A stretch of DNA of 64,000 nt, taken from positions 141,541 to 205,540 of the forward strand of contig QPMI01000478.1 of NCBI GenBank assembly GCA_004431415.1, read 5' to 3'. Below, piece by piece: positions 1 through 11,903 of this stretch. Source of the DNA: Cyanophora paradoxa CCMP329 (lineage: Eukaryota; Plantae; Glaucophyta). Position 1 is the first letter of the stretch. Every line of letters starts with the position of its first letter. The notes under the pieces are model-generated. The model saw only the letters and a list, made by a program, of their open reading frames with translations. It did no database searches and was not told the DNA's origin. The position numbers and the translations under genes are program-made.

Positions 1-3000
1 ATCTTGGGAGCTTCGCTTTCGGCACTCTCGGCGTGGCCGCGCCGCACCTGGTGGGCGGGCGGCGCTCTCGCTTCGTAATAAAGGTGAGTATCACTGCTGC
101 TGCAACTTCTAATCGTTTCGGGCCTGACCCGCGCCTCGCAGAGTGATCGCTTTCTCGGGGGCATGGCTCTGGCGGGCTGTTTCTGACCCGAGTGCTGGGG
201 CGTCGCTCCGGCCGCTCGGGGGGCTGCAGCTGGCTCTGGCGGGCTGTTTCTGAACCGAGTGCTGGGCGTCGCTCCGGCCGATCCGAGTGCATGGCGAAGG
301 TCCGTTCCATCATTCATTTCGATATTTGTGCTCGTCTCAATCGTGCGACCTCGCAGGCATCTTGGGAGCTTCGAATTCGCTTTCGGCACTCTCGGCGTGG
401 CCGCGCCGCACCTGGTGGGCGGGCGGCGCTCTCGCTTCGTAATAAAGGTGAGTATCACTGCTGCTGCAACTTCTAATCGTTTCGGGCCTGACCCGCGCCT
501 CGCAGAGTGATCGCTTTCTCGGGGGCATGGCTCTGGCGGGCTGTTTCTGACCCGAGTGCTGGGGCGTCGCTCCGGCCGCTCGGGGGGCTGCAGCTGGCTC
601 TGGCGGGCTGTTTCTGAACCGAGTGCTGGGGCGTCGCTCCGGCCGATCCGAGTGCATGGCGAAGGTCCGTTCCATCATTCATTTCGATATTTGTGCTCGT
701 CTCAATCGTGCGACCTCGCAGGCATCTTGGGAGCTTCGAATTCGCTTTCGGCACTCTCGGCTTGGCCGCGCCGCACCTGGTGGGCGGGCGGCGCTCTCGC
801 TTCGTAATAAAGGTGAGTATCGCTGCTGCTGCAACTTCTAATCGTTTCGGGCCTGACCCGCGCCTCGCAGAGTGATCGCTTTCTCGGGGATGGCTCTGGC
901 GGGCTGTTTCTGACCCGAGTGCTGGGGCGTCGCTCCGGCCGATCCGAGCGCATGGCGAAGGTCAGTTCCATCATTCATTTCGATATTTGCACTCGTCTCA
1001 ATCGTGCGACCTCGCAGGCATCTTGGGAGCTTCGCTTTCGGCACTCTCGGCGTGGCCGCGCCGCACCTGGTGGGCGGGCGGCGCTCTCGCTTCGTAATAA
1101 AGGTGAGTATCACTGCTGCTGCAACTTCTAATCGTTTCGGGCCTGACCCGCGCCTCGCAGAGTGATCGCTTTCTCGGGGGCATGGCTCTGGCGGGCTGTT
1201 TCTGACCCGAGTGCTGGGGCGTCGCTCCGGCCGATCCGAGCGCATGGCGAAGGTCCGTTCCATCATTCATTTCGATATTTGCACTCGTCTCAATCGTGCG
1301 ACCTCGCAGGCATCTTGGGAGCTTCGCTTTCGGCACTCTCGGCGTGGCCGCGCCGCACCTGGTGGGCGGGCGGCGCTCTCGCTTCGTAATAAAGGTGAGT
1401 ATCGCTGCTGCTGCAACTTCTAATCGTTTCGGGCCTGACCCGCGCCTCGCAGAGTGATCGCTTTCTCGGGGGCATGGCTCTGGCGGGCTGTTTCTGACCC
1501 GAGTGCTGGGGCGTCGCTCCGGCCGCTCGGGGGGCTGCAGCTGGCTCTGGCGGGCTGTTTCTGAACCGAGTGCTGGGGCGTCGCTCCGGCCGATCCGAGT
1601 GCATGGCGAAGGTCCGTTCCATCATTCATTTCGATATTTGTGCTCGTCTCAATCGTGCGACCTCGCAGGCATCTTGGGAGCTTCGAATTCGCTTTCGGCA
1701 CTCTCGGCTTGGCCGCGCCGCACCTGGTGGGCGGGCGGCGCTCTCGCTTCGTAATAAAGGTGAGTATCGCTGCTGCTGCAACTTCTAATCGTTTCGGGCC
1801 TGACCCGCGCCTCGCAGAGTGATCGCTTTCTCGGGGGATGGCTCTGGCGGGCTGTTTCTGACCCGAGTGCTGGGGCGTCGCTCCGGCCGATCCGAGCGCA
1901 TGGCGAAGGTCAGTTCCATCATTCATTTCGATATTTGCACTCGTCTCAATCGTGCGACCTCGCAGGCATCTTGGGAGCTTCGCTTTCGGCACTCTCGGCG
2001 TGGCCGCGCCGCACCTGGTGGGCGGGCGGCGCTCTCGCTTCGTAATAAAGGTGAGTATCACTGCTGCTGCAACTTCTAATCGTTTCGGGCCTGACCCGCG
2101 CCTCGCAGAGTGATCGCTTTCTCGGGGGCATGGCTCTGGCGGGCTGTTTCTGACCCGAGTGCTGGGGCGTCGCTCCGGCCGCTCGGGGGGCTGCAGCTGG
2201 CTCTGGCGGGCTGTTTCTGAACCGAGTGCTGGGGCGTCGCTCCGGCCGATCCGAGTGCATGGCGAAGGTCCGTTCCATCATTCATTTCGATATTTGTGCT
2301 CGTCTCAATCGTACGCGTGCGACCTCGCAGGCATCTTGGGAGCTTCGAATTCGCTTTCGGCACTCTCGGCTTGGCCGCGCCGCACCTGGTGGGCGGGCGG
2401 CGCTCTCGCTTCGTAATAAAGGTGAGTATCGCTGCTGCTGCAACTTCTAATCGTTTCGGACCTGACCCGCGCCTCGCAGAGTGATCGCTTTCTCGGGGGA
2501 TGGCTCTGGCGGGCTGTTTCTGACCCGAGTGCTGGGGCGTCGCTCCGGCCGATCCGAGCGCATGGCGAAGGTCAGTTCCATCATTCATTTCGATATTTGT
2601 GCTCGTCTCAATCGTACGCGTGCGACCTCGCAGGCATCTTGGGAGCTTCGAATTCGCTTTCGGCACTCTCGGCTTGGCCGCGCCGCACCTGGTGGGCGGG
2701 CGGCGCTCTCGCTTCGTAATAAAGGTGAGTATCGCTGCTGCTGCAACTTCTAATCGTTTCGGACCTGACCCGCGCCTCGCAGAGTGATCGCTTTCTCGGG
2801 GGATGGCTCTGGCGGGCTGTTTCTGACCCGAGTGCTGGGGCGTCGCTCCGGCCGATCCGAGCGCATGGCGAAGGTCAGTTCCATCATTCATTTCGATATT
2901 TGCACTCGTCTCAATCGTGCGACCTCGCAGGCATCTTGGGAGCTTCGCTTTCGGCACTCTCGGCGTGGCCGCGCCGCACCTGGTGGGCGGGCGGCGCTCT

Positions 3001-3870
3001 CGCTTCGTAATAAAGGTGAGTATCACTGCTGCTGCAACTTCTAATCGTTTCGGGCCTGACCCGCGCCTCGCAGAGTGATCGCTTTCTCGGGGCATGGCTC
3101 TGGCGGGCTGTTTCTGACCCGAGTGCTGGGGCGTCGCTCCGGCCGATCCGAGCGCATGGCGAAGGTCCGTTCCATCATTCATTTCGATATTTGCACTCGT
3201 CTCAATCGTGCGACCTCGCAGGCATCTTGGGAGCTTCGCTTTCGGCACTCTCGGCGTGGCCGCGCCGCACCTGGTGGGCGGGCGGCGCTCTCGCTTCGTA
3301 ATAAAGGTGAGTATCGCTGCTGCTGCAACTTCTAATCGTTTCGGGCCTGACCCGCGCCTCGCAGAGTGATCGCTTTCTCGGGGGGATGGCTCTGGCGGGC
3401 TGTTTCTGACCCGAGTGCTGGGGCGTCGCTCCGGCCGATCCGAGCGCATGGCGAAGGTCAGTTGCATCATTCATGTCGATATTTGCACTCGTCTCAATCG
3501 TGCGACCTCGCAGGCATCTTGGGAGCTTCGCTTTCGGCACTCTCGGTGTGGCCGCGCCGCACCTGGTGGGCGGGCGGCGCTCTCGCTTCGTAATAAAGGT
3601 GAGTATCGCTGCTGCTGCAACTTCTAATCGTTTCGGGCCTGACCCGCGCCTCGCAGAGTGATCGCTTTCTCGGGGGGATGGCTCTGGCGGGCTGTTTCTG
3701 ACCCGAGTGCTGGGGCGTCGCTCCGGCCGATCCGAGCGCATGGCGAAGGTCAGTTCCATCATTCATTTCGATATTTGCACTCGTCTCAATCGTGCGACCT
3801 CTCAGGCATCAGGTGCCGCAGCTGGAGGGCAGGCGCGCGGCGCTCGTACTTCGTAAATTAAAGAAGGCGA
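1..3870 (+). repeat. Tandem array of ~291-bp units (variants to ~371 bp), about 13 copies visible, truncated by the window start
   Basis: The anchor CGTAATAAAGGTGAGTATC recurs at ~76, 439, 804, 1094, 1386, 1751, 2042, 2413, 2716, 3007, 3298 and 3590, with a degenerate copy at ~3853. Long variants carry an internal ~67-bp duplication and/or 6-bp insertions (GAATTC, TACGCG). Confidence 0.97.
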
Positions 3871-5434
3871 GTATCTCCGTAGCACTATCAATATAGCTAA
3901 CAAAGATGACTATTGGTTAAAGCGCTATCTGTAGTGTACATGTATTAATTTTAGCGATAGGCGAGCACTACCAGCGATTTTAATGCGTTAGTACTAGCTA
4001 TATAGTGTATTAATCATGGTTCACCGATCGATATCGCGAGTCACGGTTTCTTTAATTTTTGCAAAAGCGGACGTCGCATTGATACACCACGGCACATGTA
4101 TCAATGTTCTACGTGACGTGCCCTTCCGATCGCGACCGGTCATCGATATCTATCTAGCCGGCCATGGGTCACCGAGTCACGGTTTCAGACGTCAACGTGT
4201 CACGTTTTCAGACGTCAATGTTGAATTCTTAAAGATAATGCCAGGATCTAGACTCGTTGAGTTCTATAGCCCCGCAGCCCCTCATGATCAACGACTGCTA
4301 ATAGGCTTCATCTTTGCATGTCCCCTGGTCTGCGCAGATCAAGCCTAGATCGTGGCTGTATCCGTAGCACTCTAGATCTTTATAAACCGTTGAACTGACT
4401 TGCAAATACGCTCGCAGTGCTTTTCTCCGGGCGGCGCCTCAACTGAACGGTCCTAGGCCTCGGACAAGGTGATTCATTCATGATTTGCAGCTGCACTAGC
4501 TATACCTATAGTACTAGATCTAGATTTGCAGCTGTACTATCATAGTACGGATCTGGCGTTATATAATTAGATGAAATAGGCAATCTCTATTTTGAAATTC
4601 GAATTCAACCGCCGATCGAGAATCGAGATCCGTTGGTAACATTTGCATTCTATCGTTGCTATATGTATCAATATTAATGCTATCATTCTAGATACAGATT
4701 AGAGAGCCGGCGCAAGCGCTAGCTATATATATGCAGATCTACCTCCTGCTGCAGTCCACTGATGATACGGCTTCCTTTTCCACAGGTCAGCTCTACATCC
4801 GCTCTGTATGTGTTCAGGTCCGAGTGCGAGCTCGCTCTAGATCTGCAATATACGTTTATATATATACATGATTATTAAAACTGATTGCGGTATGGCTTTG
4901 TACGAATGTATACACGCAGTTTTCTTCTACTGGCCTGGCCTCCGCCAGCTGCAGCCGCCCGGTCAATATCATGATCATGAGGTGCTTTGAACTTGCAATT
5001 GCTATCATAGCAAGCTGCACTAGTAATATAGCTAATTATTGCTCGCATGCGCAGCGTTGGCATGCGTATGGCACGCGGTCATGAGTCATGATCATGATCC
5101 GCTGCAGCTGCAGCTGCAGCTGCGCGCAGCAAGCTTAAGTACTGAGTAGGAGATCTAGAGCAGCGCTATATATATAGCTAGCTATATACATTGCTCGCCT
5201 TGCAGCGTTAGCACAGCACGCGTACGATGCAGCCCAGCAAGCAGAAGATCATCGCGATCGGATCCCGGCCTAGCTAGCTCGGATCTTAGCTAGCTAGCTC
5301 GCTAGGATCTTAGCTAGCTATAGCTCGCTAGGATCTTAGCTAGCTCGTTAGCTTGAGTTGTACATGTGTATAAAGAGTACAGCGTTAACGTTGCGCATGT
5401 TTGGCGATGTAAAAACCAGCTAGCTAGATGGGTC

Positions 5435-5585
5435 GGGTAATGGGCAAACGAAAAAAAAGTTACCCGGTGGGAAACTCAGCGATGTTTCCCACCTGACGTT
5501 TCCCACCTGATGGTCCCCATGGGGGTCCTCCGCCCCGGTGTGTTACCTATAGGGTAACATGCATGTGTTTCCCCCGGGAAACATA
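5435..5585. repeat. Cluster of short inverted repeats/hairpins
   Basis: GGGTAA..TTACCC; GGTGGGAAAC/GTTTCCCACC (5466-5493, right arm repeated at 5498); CCCCATGGGG; TGTTACC/GGTAACA (5541-5559); TGTTTCCC/GGGAAACA (5566-5583). Confidence 0.75.
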
Positions 5586-6790
5586 CTTTCTTAGGCACCA
5601 GTGCTTGGCCATTCGAGTGCTAGGCCCGGGGCCTCTCCTGGACCGGGTACGCCGGGCCGGCGGCCGGCCCCCCCTCAGGGCCCGCAGCGGGTACGCCCCC
5701 GCGTCGATCGCGAACTCGCGATCGCGCCCGCGACAGTATATATTGTTTTTATATTTTTTCTAATGCAGTAAAAGAGGAAAACCCCCGTGCGCATGCAGTA
5801 CCTGGATCTGTGCTGATGCCATGATGATGAGCGTAATTCCAATCCGAGTGGCTGACGCTGCCGCGGACGCTGCTGCCCCGGCTCCCGCGAGGGCGGCGCC
5901 AGCCGGCCTCCCCCCCTCCTCCCCTCCTTCCCCCCCCCCGCTATCCCCCCCCCCGCCCCGGCCCCGCCTCCTCCCCCGCTTGAGCGGTTCCCTCCCCCCC
6001 CTCCCCCTCACTCGTACCCTCCCCCTTCCCCCACCCTCCACCCCCCCCCCCCCCAGGAGAACAACGCGAATTCGAACGAGGGCTCGAATTCGTGGTAGAT
6101 CTAGACAAGGACGACTCGAGCGTCACTCGGTGTGCAGTGTCGGCCAAGCCTCTTGATGCAAGCTTTTTATAGATCTAGAGCTGCGCCCTCCGTCGTCCCT
6201 TGCAATTAGAACTACTAAGTATCCGTCGCAGCTTACCTTATATATAGCTTACCTCTAGTTGGGCTTCAAGCTGCGGCCCGGCAGCAGATAGCTAGCGCTG
6301 GCATTCCGGCCTGGCGGACGCCTTTCTTTAATTATAACCAGTCATTAAGGCTTCTTGAAGCAAGCTTTCTCTCTAAGGCCTCAAGCTAGCTTAAGCTTAA
6401 GCCGGGCGCCGGCGGCCCGGCGGCCCGGGCCCTTACAGTTAGGCAGGTCGAATGCGCTGTTCATGATCATGATCAAGGAGATTTTCGCGCGCGGCGCGCG
6501 CGCGGGCCTCGCCCTCCACAAGGACGTCGACGAGCTCCAGCTTCAGGTGCTACCCCTTTATGACAGTGCCGGGCCTTGACAGCGCTCAGCTCCCTATAAA
6601 TCAAATGAAGTCCTCACGATTGACTTTGCACGCGAACTCACGCCCTCCGGATTTGATCCGCCGCAGAGCTCGAGGGGCCTCCCAAAAGACCTATTCAAGG
6701 TCCGCATGATATGTACGCGCTCATGATCAGGTGAGCCGGGGCTCAGCTGAGGTGAGCGGGGCCGGGCTCGGCCGCGAGTCTGATCGGAGC

Positions 6791-8867
6791 ATGCCGCGCC
6801 CCGGTCCCGCTTCGACGCCGATCGCGAGCGCGGTGCATGCATGCTTAACCGCTGAATTCGAACTTGCATTTGGCCAGGTGCAGCTGCAGGATCCGGATCC
6901 GGAGCCTGCGCAGGAGAGCGGTCTCCTCGAGTGGGTACGGCATCACAAGCTTTTTGTCGTCATCGGCGCTGGCGGCATTGCAATGGCGAACGCTATCGCC
7001 CCTCGCTCGCGTCGCGGAGCGCAGCAGCGAGAGCGTGCGACAGCGCTAGCTTTAGAGAACGCGGGATGTGCCTCGCACTCTTTACCGGAAGCCGCGCGAG
7101 CTCGCCAAACGGCGCTGGGGTGGACAGAGCGCGAGCGCCCGAGATTCTGGAAAGACGCGGAGAGAACGTCAGCGTCTTCACCCGCCGCGACGGGCCCGCC
7201 GCGGCCGCGGTCGAGCGCCTGAAGAGCCTGGTGCGCTTGAGGGCAGCTGGCGTTGACGTCGTTCTCGCTCTTTCCCACCACGTAGGCTAACTCGAATCGC
7301 TCGCGCAGTGGCGGTACGATGCTCTGGAGGTTCGAAATCTGCTTGCGCGTGTGCTCTCAGCGCAGGCCGGAATGGCTGACGGCGGGCGCGCGCCGGCACC
7401 GCCGGCCGGCAGGTGGGAGGCCACGTGCAGACGGTCTGCGCTTCGCTCTTCCGAAGGCCGCCGGAGGGGCTTCACTACGCGCGGCGGGAGATGCGCGCGG
7501 AGGACGGTGGCCTCTTCGCCCTCGACTTTGCCGTCTCGTCGCCCGGCGCCCCGCCCGAGTCGATACCGGACCCGGCGACCCCCGTCCTCCTCCTCATCCC
7601 AGGTTCGAAGCGACCCCGCCCGCCCGCCCGCCCGCGCGAGCGCGAGAGCGATCATCTCGGATCGCGAACGCGCTGCGCAGGGCTCACGGGCGGCAGCCGT
7701 GACCGCTACCTCATGCACCTCGCGGCGGGCGCGCTGCGCGGCGGCTTCCGCCCCGTCGCTTTATGCCACCGCGGCTCGTCCGGCCTCCCCCTCACCACCG
7801 CGCGATTCGTGCGCGACCCGTGCACCCCACGCCTGTCCCCTACCCCCCTGACGTAGATGTACCCCCGCAGTACAGCGCGTCAGCCACGGGAGACCTACGC
7901 CAGGCCGTGGGATGTCTTCGGGAACTGTACCCCGCCGCGCCCCTCTTCGCTGCCGGCTGGTCCCTCGGCGCCAATCTGCTCGTCCGGTGCGCATGCAGAG
8001 CCGCGTACCCCTCGCCGTGAGTCACGCGGCTCCCAGGTACCTGGGAGAGGAGGCGGGGGCGTGCCCGCTGGCGGGCGCCGCGAGCCTCGCGAACCCCTTT
8101 GATCTGGCCGCCTGCGCGGAGGCCTTCCGGACGGGTACAGTCCACCGCCACGTCTACGACCCGCAGCTCACCTCCGCCATGCGCCGCATGTTCCTCAAGC
8201 GCGCCCCTACCCCCCCGACACGTCTTCGTACCCCCCTCGCTGACCTGTACCCGTACACAGGAACCGAGCGCTGTTCGAGCAGAGCAGGGAGCCGTCCTAC
8301 GACGTACCCCGCGCCCTCAAGGTACCCCAACCGCGTACCCCCCGCCCGCCCGCGTTCCGAGCATTTTCGACGCAGTCGAAGACGATCGCGGAGTGGGACG
8401 CCGGTACCCGCTCCCCCTCCCCTCTCTCCCTCCCCGGTACCCGCCCCCCTTCGCTCACCTGTACCCCCCGCAGCGATCACGGTACCGTGCTTCGGTTGGC
8501 GTGACGCGGCGCACTACTACGCGGAGGCCTCCTCCAAGCTCTCCCTTCCCCGAGTCGCCGTACCCCTCCTTTGCGTGAACGCGGCCGACGACCCAATCGC
8601 CGTACCCGGGGCGATCCCCTACGACTCCCTCGCGTGCGTGCTCGCCGCCTCGTCGCCCGACCCGTCCCCCCCTCTCCTCGAACCTGAAGCTTCGTTCGCA
8701 GGGGGAACGGGCGGGTGGCGATCGCTGTGACGCGGTACGGGGGCCACAACGGGTGGCAGGCGGCGGGCGAGCCGCTGGGCGCGCCCTGGACCGACGGGCC
8801 CGTCATCGAGTTCTTCCGCTCGCTCCTGCTGGGCGCGGGGGCCTCCGCCGCGGGGCCCGAGCCCTGA
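6791..8867 (+). CDS. Multi-exon alpha/beta-hydrolase, ABHD1/2/3 / YheT-like (esterase/lipase)
   Basis: Motifs in the correct order across short GT-AG introns: GGHVQT, YAREMRAEDGGLFALDF, LLIP/GLTGGS, CHRGSSGLPL, nucleophile GWSLGANLL, YLGEE, NPFDL, YYAEASS, VPLLCVNAADDP (Asp), TRYGGHNGW (His). Stop TGA at 8865-8867. The 5' start is uncertain. Confidence 0.88.
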
Positions 8868-9071
8868 TCATGTAGCCCCCTCATGTACTCACCCCTTAAT
8901 TGCGATTACGGCCCCTCCCACCGTCTGCATATGGAGCGCGCGCGCGCTTCCCTAATCGGCGCTTTCGACGGGGCTATCAATTCTGCCACGGGGGCAGATC
9001 GAGATGCCACTGCTAGCTACAGCTGCGATATAATCTAAATATGTACGTAGCACACGAGCGCTGCCCTACAG

Positions 9072-11714
9072 CTACTCGAGCCGCCAGCGGTCGCCGAGGA
9101 GGGGCCGGATGGCGCCCCAGTCCGACTCGTCCCCGGGGCCCCGGGCGAGCACGAGGTCCCCCGGGGCCGGTGCCGGGCGCGCCGCCATGGACGCCAGCGG
9201 CGCCAGCGCCGCGAGCCGTTCAGCGCTGGCGGCGGCAGCGGCGGCCGGCTCCGCGAGGGTCAGCGAGGCCCTCCGCAGGCGCGTGCACGCCGCAAGCGCC
9301 TCGCTCTCCTGCACGGAGGGGTGCACCATGTCCCGATCGTACTCCTCGAGGGTGTCCTGGGGTACAGCTTTCAGAGAGGCGCAGCGGGGTACGGAAAAGA
9401 TTGAGACCGGACCCGGTACCCACCTTTGCGGCGCGGAGTACGGCGGTTAGGGCGACTTGAAAAGCGGCGTCGCGGAAGGGTAGAGCGCCCGGGAACGAGA
9501 AGGTGAGAAGCAGGGAGCGGAGGGAAGGGGGGCCGGACGGGAGCGCGGCGGCGAGGGCGGCGAGGGAAGTAGTGAGCCGCGCGGGCGTGTAGCTCGTGAA
9601 GTGGACCGAGAAGCGTTCCAGGGCGGGCAGGCGGGCTACGACGGCGAAGCACTCGTCGTACGGCTCGCAGCTGCGGGGTACGGCATTACGGGGCGGCGAG
9701 GAGGGGGGGGGTGGAGGTGGCTTGGAGAGCGCACGGGCCGAGGGAGAGGGAGCGAATCTGTTTAGGGGAGGGGGGGGGGCGAAGGTGAGGGGGTACAGAA
9801 ATATAAGAGGTGGAGAAGGACGAAGAGGGGAGGGGAAATAAGCACCTGCGCGGTGGTGGCGAGGGTATGCCAATCCTGGAAGTCCCCGACCAGGACCAGG
9901 GTACGCAGGCTCTCCTGTGGCCCGGGGACGCGTCAGACGGACGCGGGGCGGGGCGGGGTACCGCGAAAGTCGGAGTCGGAAGGGGCGTACGATGCTCGCG
10001 ACGTCGGCGAGGAGCGAGGAGCTGCCGTAGTACATGCCCAGGGTGTCCGCCTCGATCTCGAGCTCCTCCAGACGCGGCGAGGCGATCTTGGGGGGGGGGG
10101 GGGGGGGGGGCGAGACGGGAGAGAAAGCAGGGGGGGGGGGGGGGGGAGGACGCGCCTCGGGGAGGGCCAGGAGGTGGCTCACGTGGAGGGAGAGGGCACG
10201 GAGGCGGGGCAGCCTGCAGAGGGGTACCACGACCGAGTCGCACAGAGCCTCCCCAGCGTTTCCCCAGGGGCGCGCCCCGCCGAACGTCGCGCGGAGCTCC
10301 TGGGAGGGCGTGAGGGGTACTGCTGAGCAGCGGGCGGGGGGGGGGGTACAGCGGCGGACCTCGAGGTCGGGGCAGAGGCGCTCGACGGCGGCGGCGAAGG
10401 CGACTCGGGAGGCTGTGGCTTGGTCTGGCGGAAGGGAGCCGTCGGGATCGCAGTGCGCGATCCGGAGGGACCGCAACCCGCCGAGCGCCGGCGCGACCTG
10501 CACCCCGCCTGTGAGAAAAGGGGCGCCGGCGGGATTCGAGCCGCGGACCTCGTCCAGGAGCTCAGCGGAGAAGCCGACGCAGCCGGCGAGGTCGAGGCTC
10601 CGGAGGGCCGTCAGCCGCCGCAGCCCCGCCGCGATCGCCTCGCGCGCCGCGCCCTCTGTCCAAGGATTGGATAGGGGTACGCGGATCTGGAGGGCCGGGC
10701 GCACGCGGCAGGTTGCGTTGCTCGTCAGTCTGGAGGCGGACGCTGAGCTCCTCGAGGGTGCCCGCCACGGGCGCCAGGGCCGCCAGCAGCGCCCCCGCGT
10801 ACGCGTGCCGCGCGTTCGCTCGCGTCTCTCGACTCTCGCCTTCTGTCGAGGGGACGACGTCCCTGGAAGAACCAGTCAGAGCGGAGGGCGGCGCGCGCAG
10901 GGCGCTGCGCTCGCACCCGTGCCAGGCGACGAAGCGGCGGAGCCCCTGCAGCGAGGAGGCGAACGAGAGGAAGGGCCTGGCCGGCTCAGGCATCCAGAAC
11001 GAAGAGCTGATCGTATGGGCGGTCGAACTGGATCCGAATGAGCGCACTCAGAGCAGCAGAATATTGAGAGCGCGGGAGCGTGCACCCGGGCTCAGCGTCT
11101 TCTGTTCGCCACACGTACATGTCCAGTTCGACGGCGCCGCCCGCGGCGATGCGAAGGGCGCCCGACCTCACGCGCCGCGCCCACGACCGGAGCTCCGCCT
11201 CAGGCAAGTCGCGGTAGCGCGAGAGCCCGATTCGCTGCCCCCGGAGCACGAGAGCGTCGAACTCCGTCGCAGCCAGCACCTCGCGCATCCGGCGGCTGAC
11301 GAGCGGGAGGCGGCAAACTCCCCACGCCTCCCGCAGGCCCAGAAAGCCGACGACGCGCTTCAGCAGCTCGTCCGGCAGCCGCTCAAGAGCGGAGAAGTCC
11401 GACGCGGCCCGCGGCGCGGGCTGCTGCTGGTGCGCGGGAGCTGCAGCTGCGGGCTCGCTGCAGGGTGCGGGCCCCTCGCGCAATTCCATCTGCCGCTTGT
11501 CGCACACTGAAGACGAGCCGGCGCTGTTAACGTTCGAGCCGGCCGGTGCTGCCGAGCTGCTCGACGCGTACGCCGCGATCTGGCTCGCCGCGCCCGCTCT
11601 TGAAGACGCTGCCTGGACTGCTTCCCCGTGCCGGTCCTCTGCGTCACTGGCCTTCTCCGCATCCCCCTCCTCGCCGCTGGCCGCCCTGCCGCGCTTCTTG
11701 CCGCCCCGAGCCAT
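9072..11714 (-). CDS. Multi-exon F-box protein with LRR-like C-terminal region
   Basis: MARGGKKRGR start (ATG at 11714). F-box motif LERLPDELLKRVVGFLGLREAWGVCRLPLVSRRMREVL, then LRR-like segments (LEELSVRL, LRRLTALRSLDLAGC, LPRLRALSLHV, LPALERFSVHF) separated by short introns. Last exon ends GDRWRLE*. Confidence 0.8.
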
Positions 11715-11903
11715 CCGGCGCGACTCGGCTGGGCGGCTGCGGGGCGGCGCGGCCGACTCGGCCGAACGAGTGCTCGCGTTCGCTCGGGCCTCGTACTGTG
11801 AGTCGTACGTATACAGGACAGCAAAAATTGGGGGCCTTGGGGGTAAGTTGGGGCCCGGGGGGGGGTACGCGCCGTCGGCAAGCCCCAAGGTTTAAGCGAC
11901 CGC

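Noticed and set aside
192-3861. Dozens of short ORFs in the tandem array
   Set aside because: They are recurring translations of one GC-rich repeat unit with no recognisable domain, so they were not called as separate CDSs.
1-3870. Spliced-leader RNA, 5S or snRNA gene array
   Set aside because: Each donor is followed by its own branch point and acceptor (cis-intron pattern), and I recognise no Sm site, 5S or snRNA sequence.
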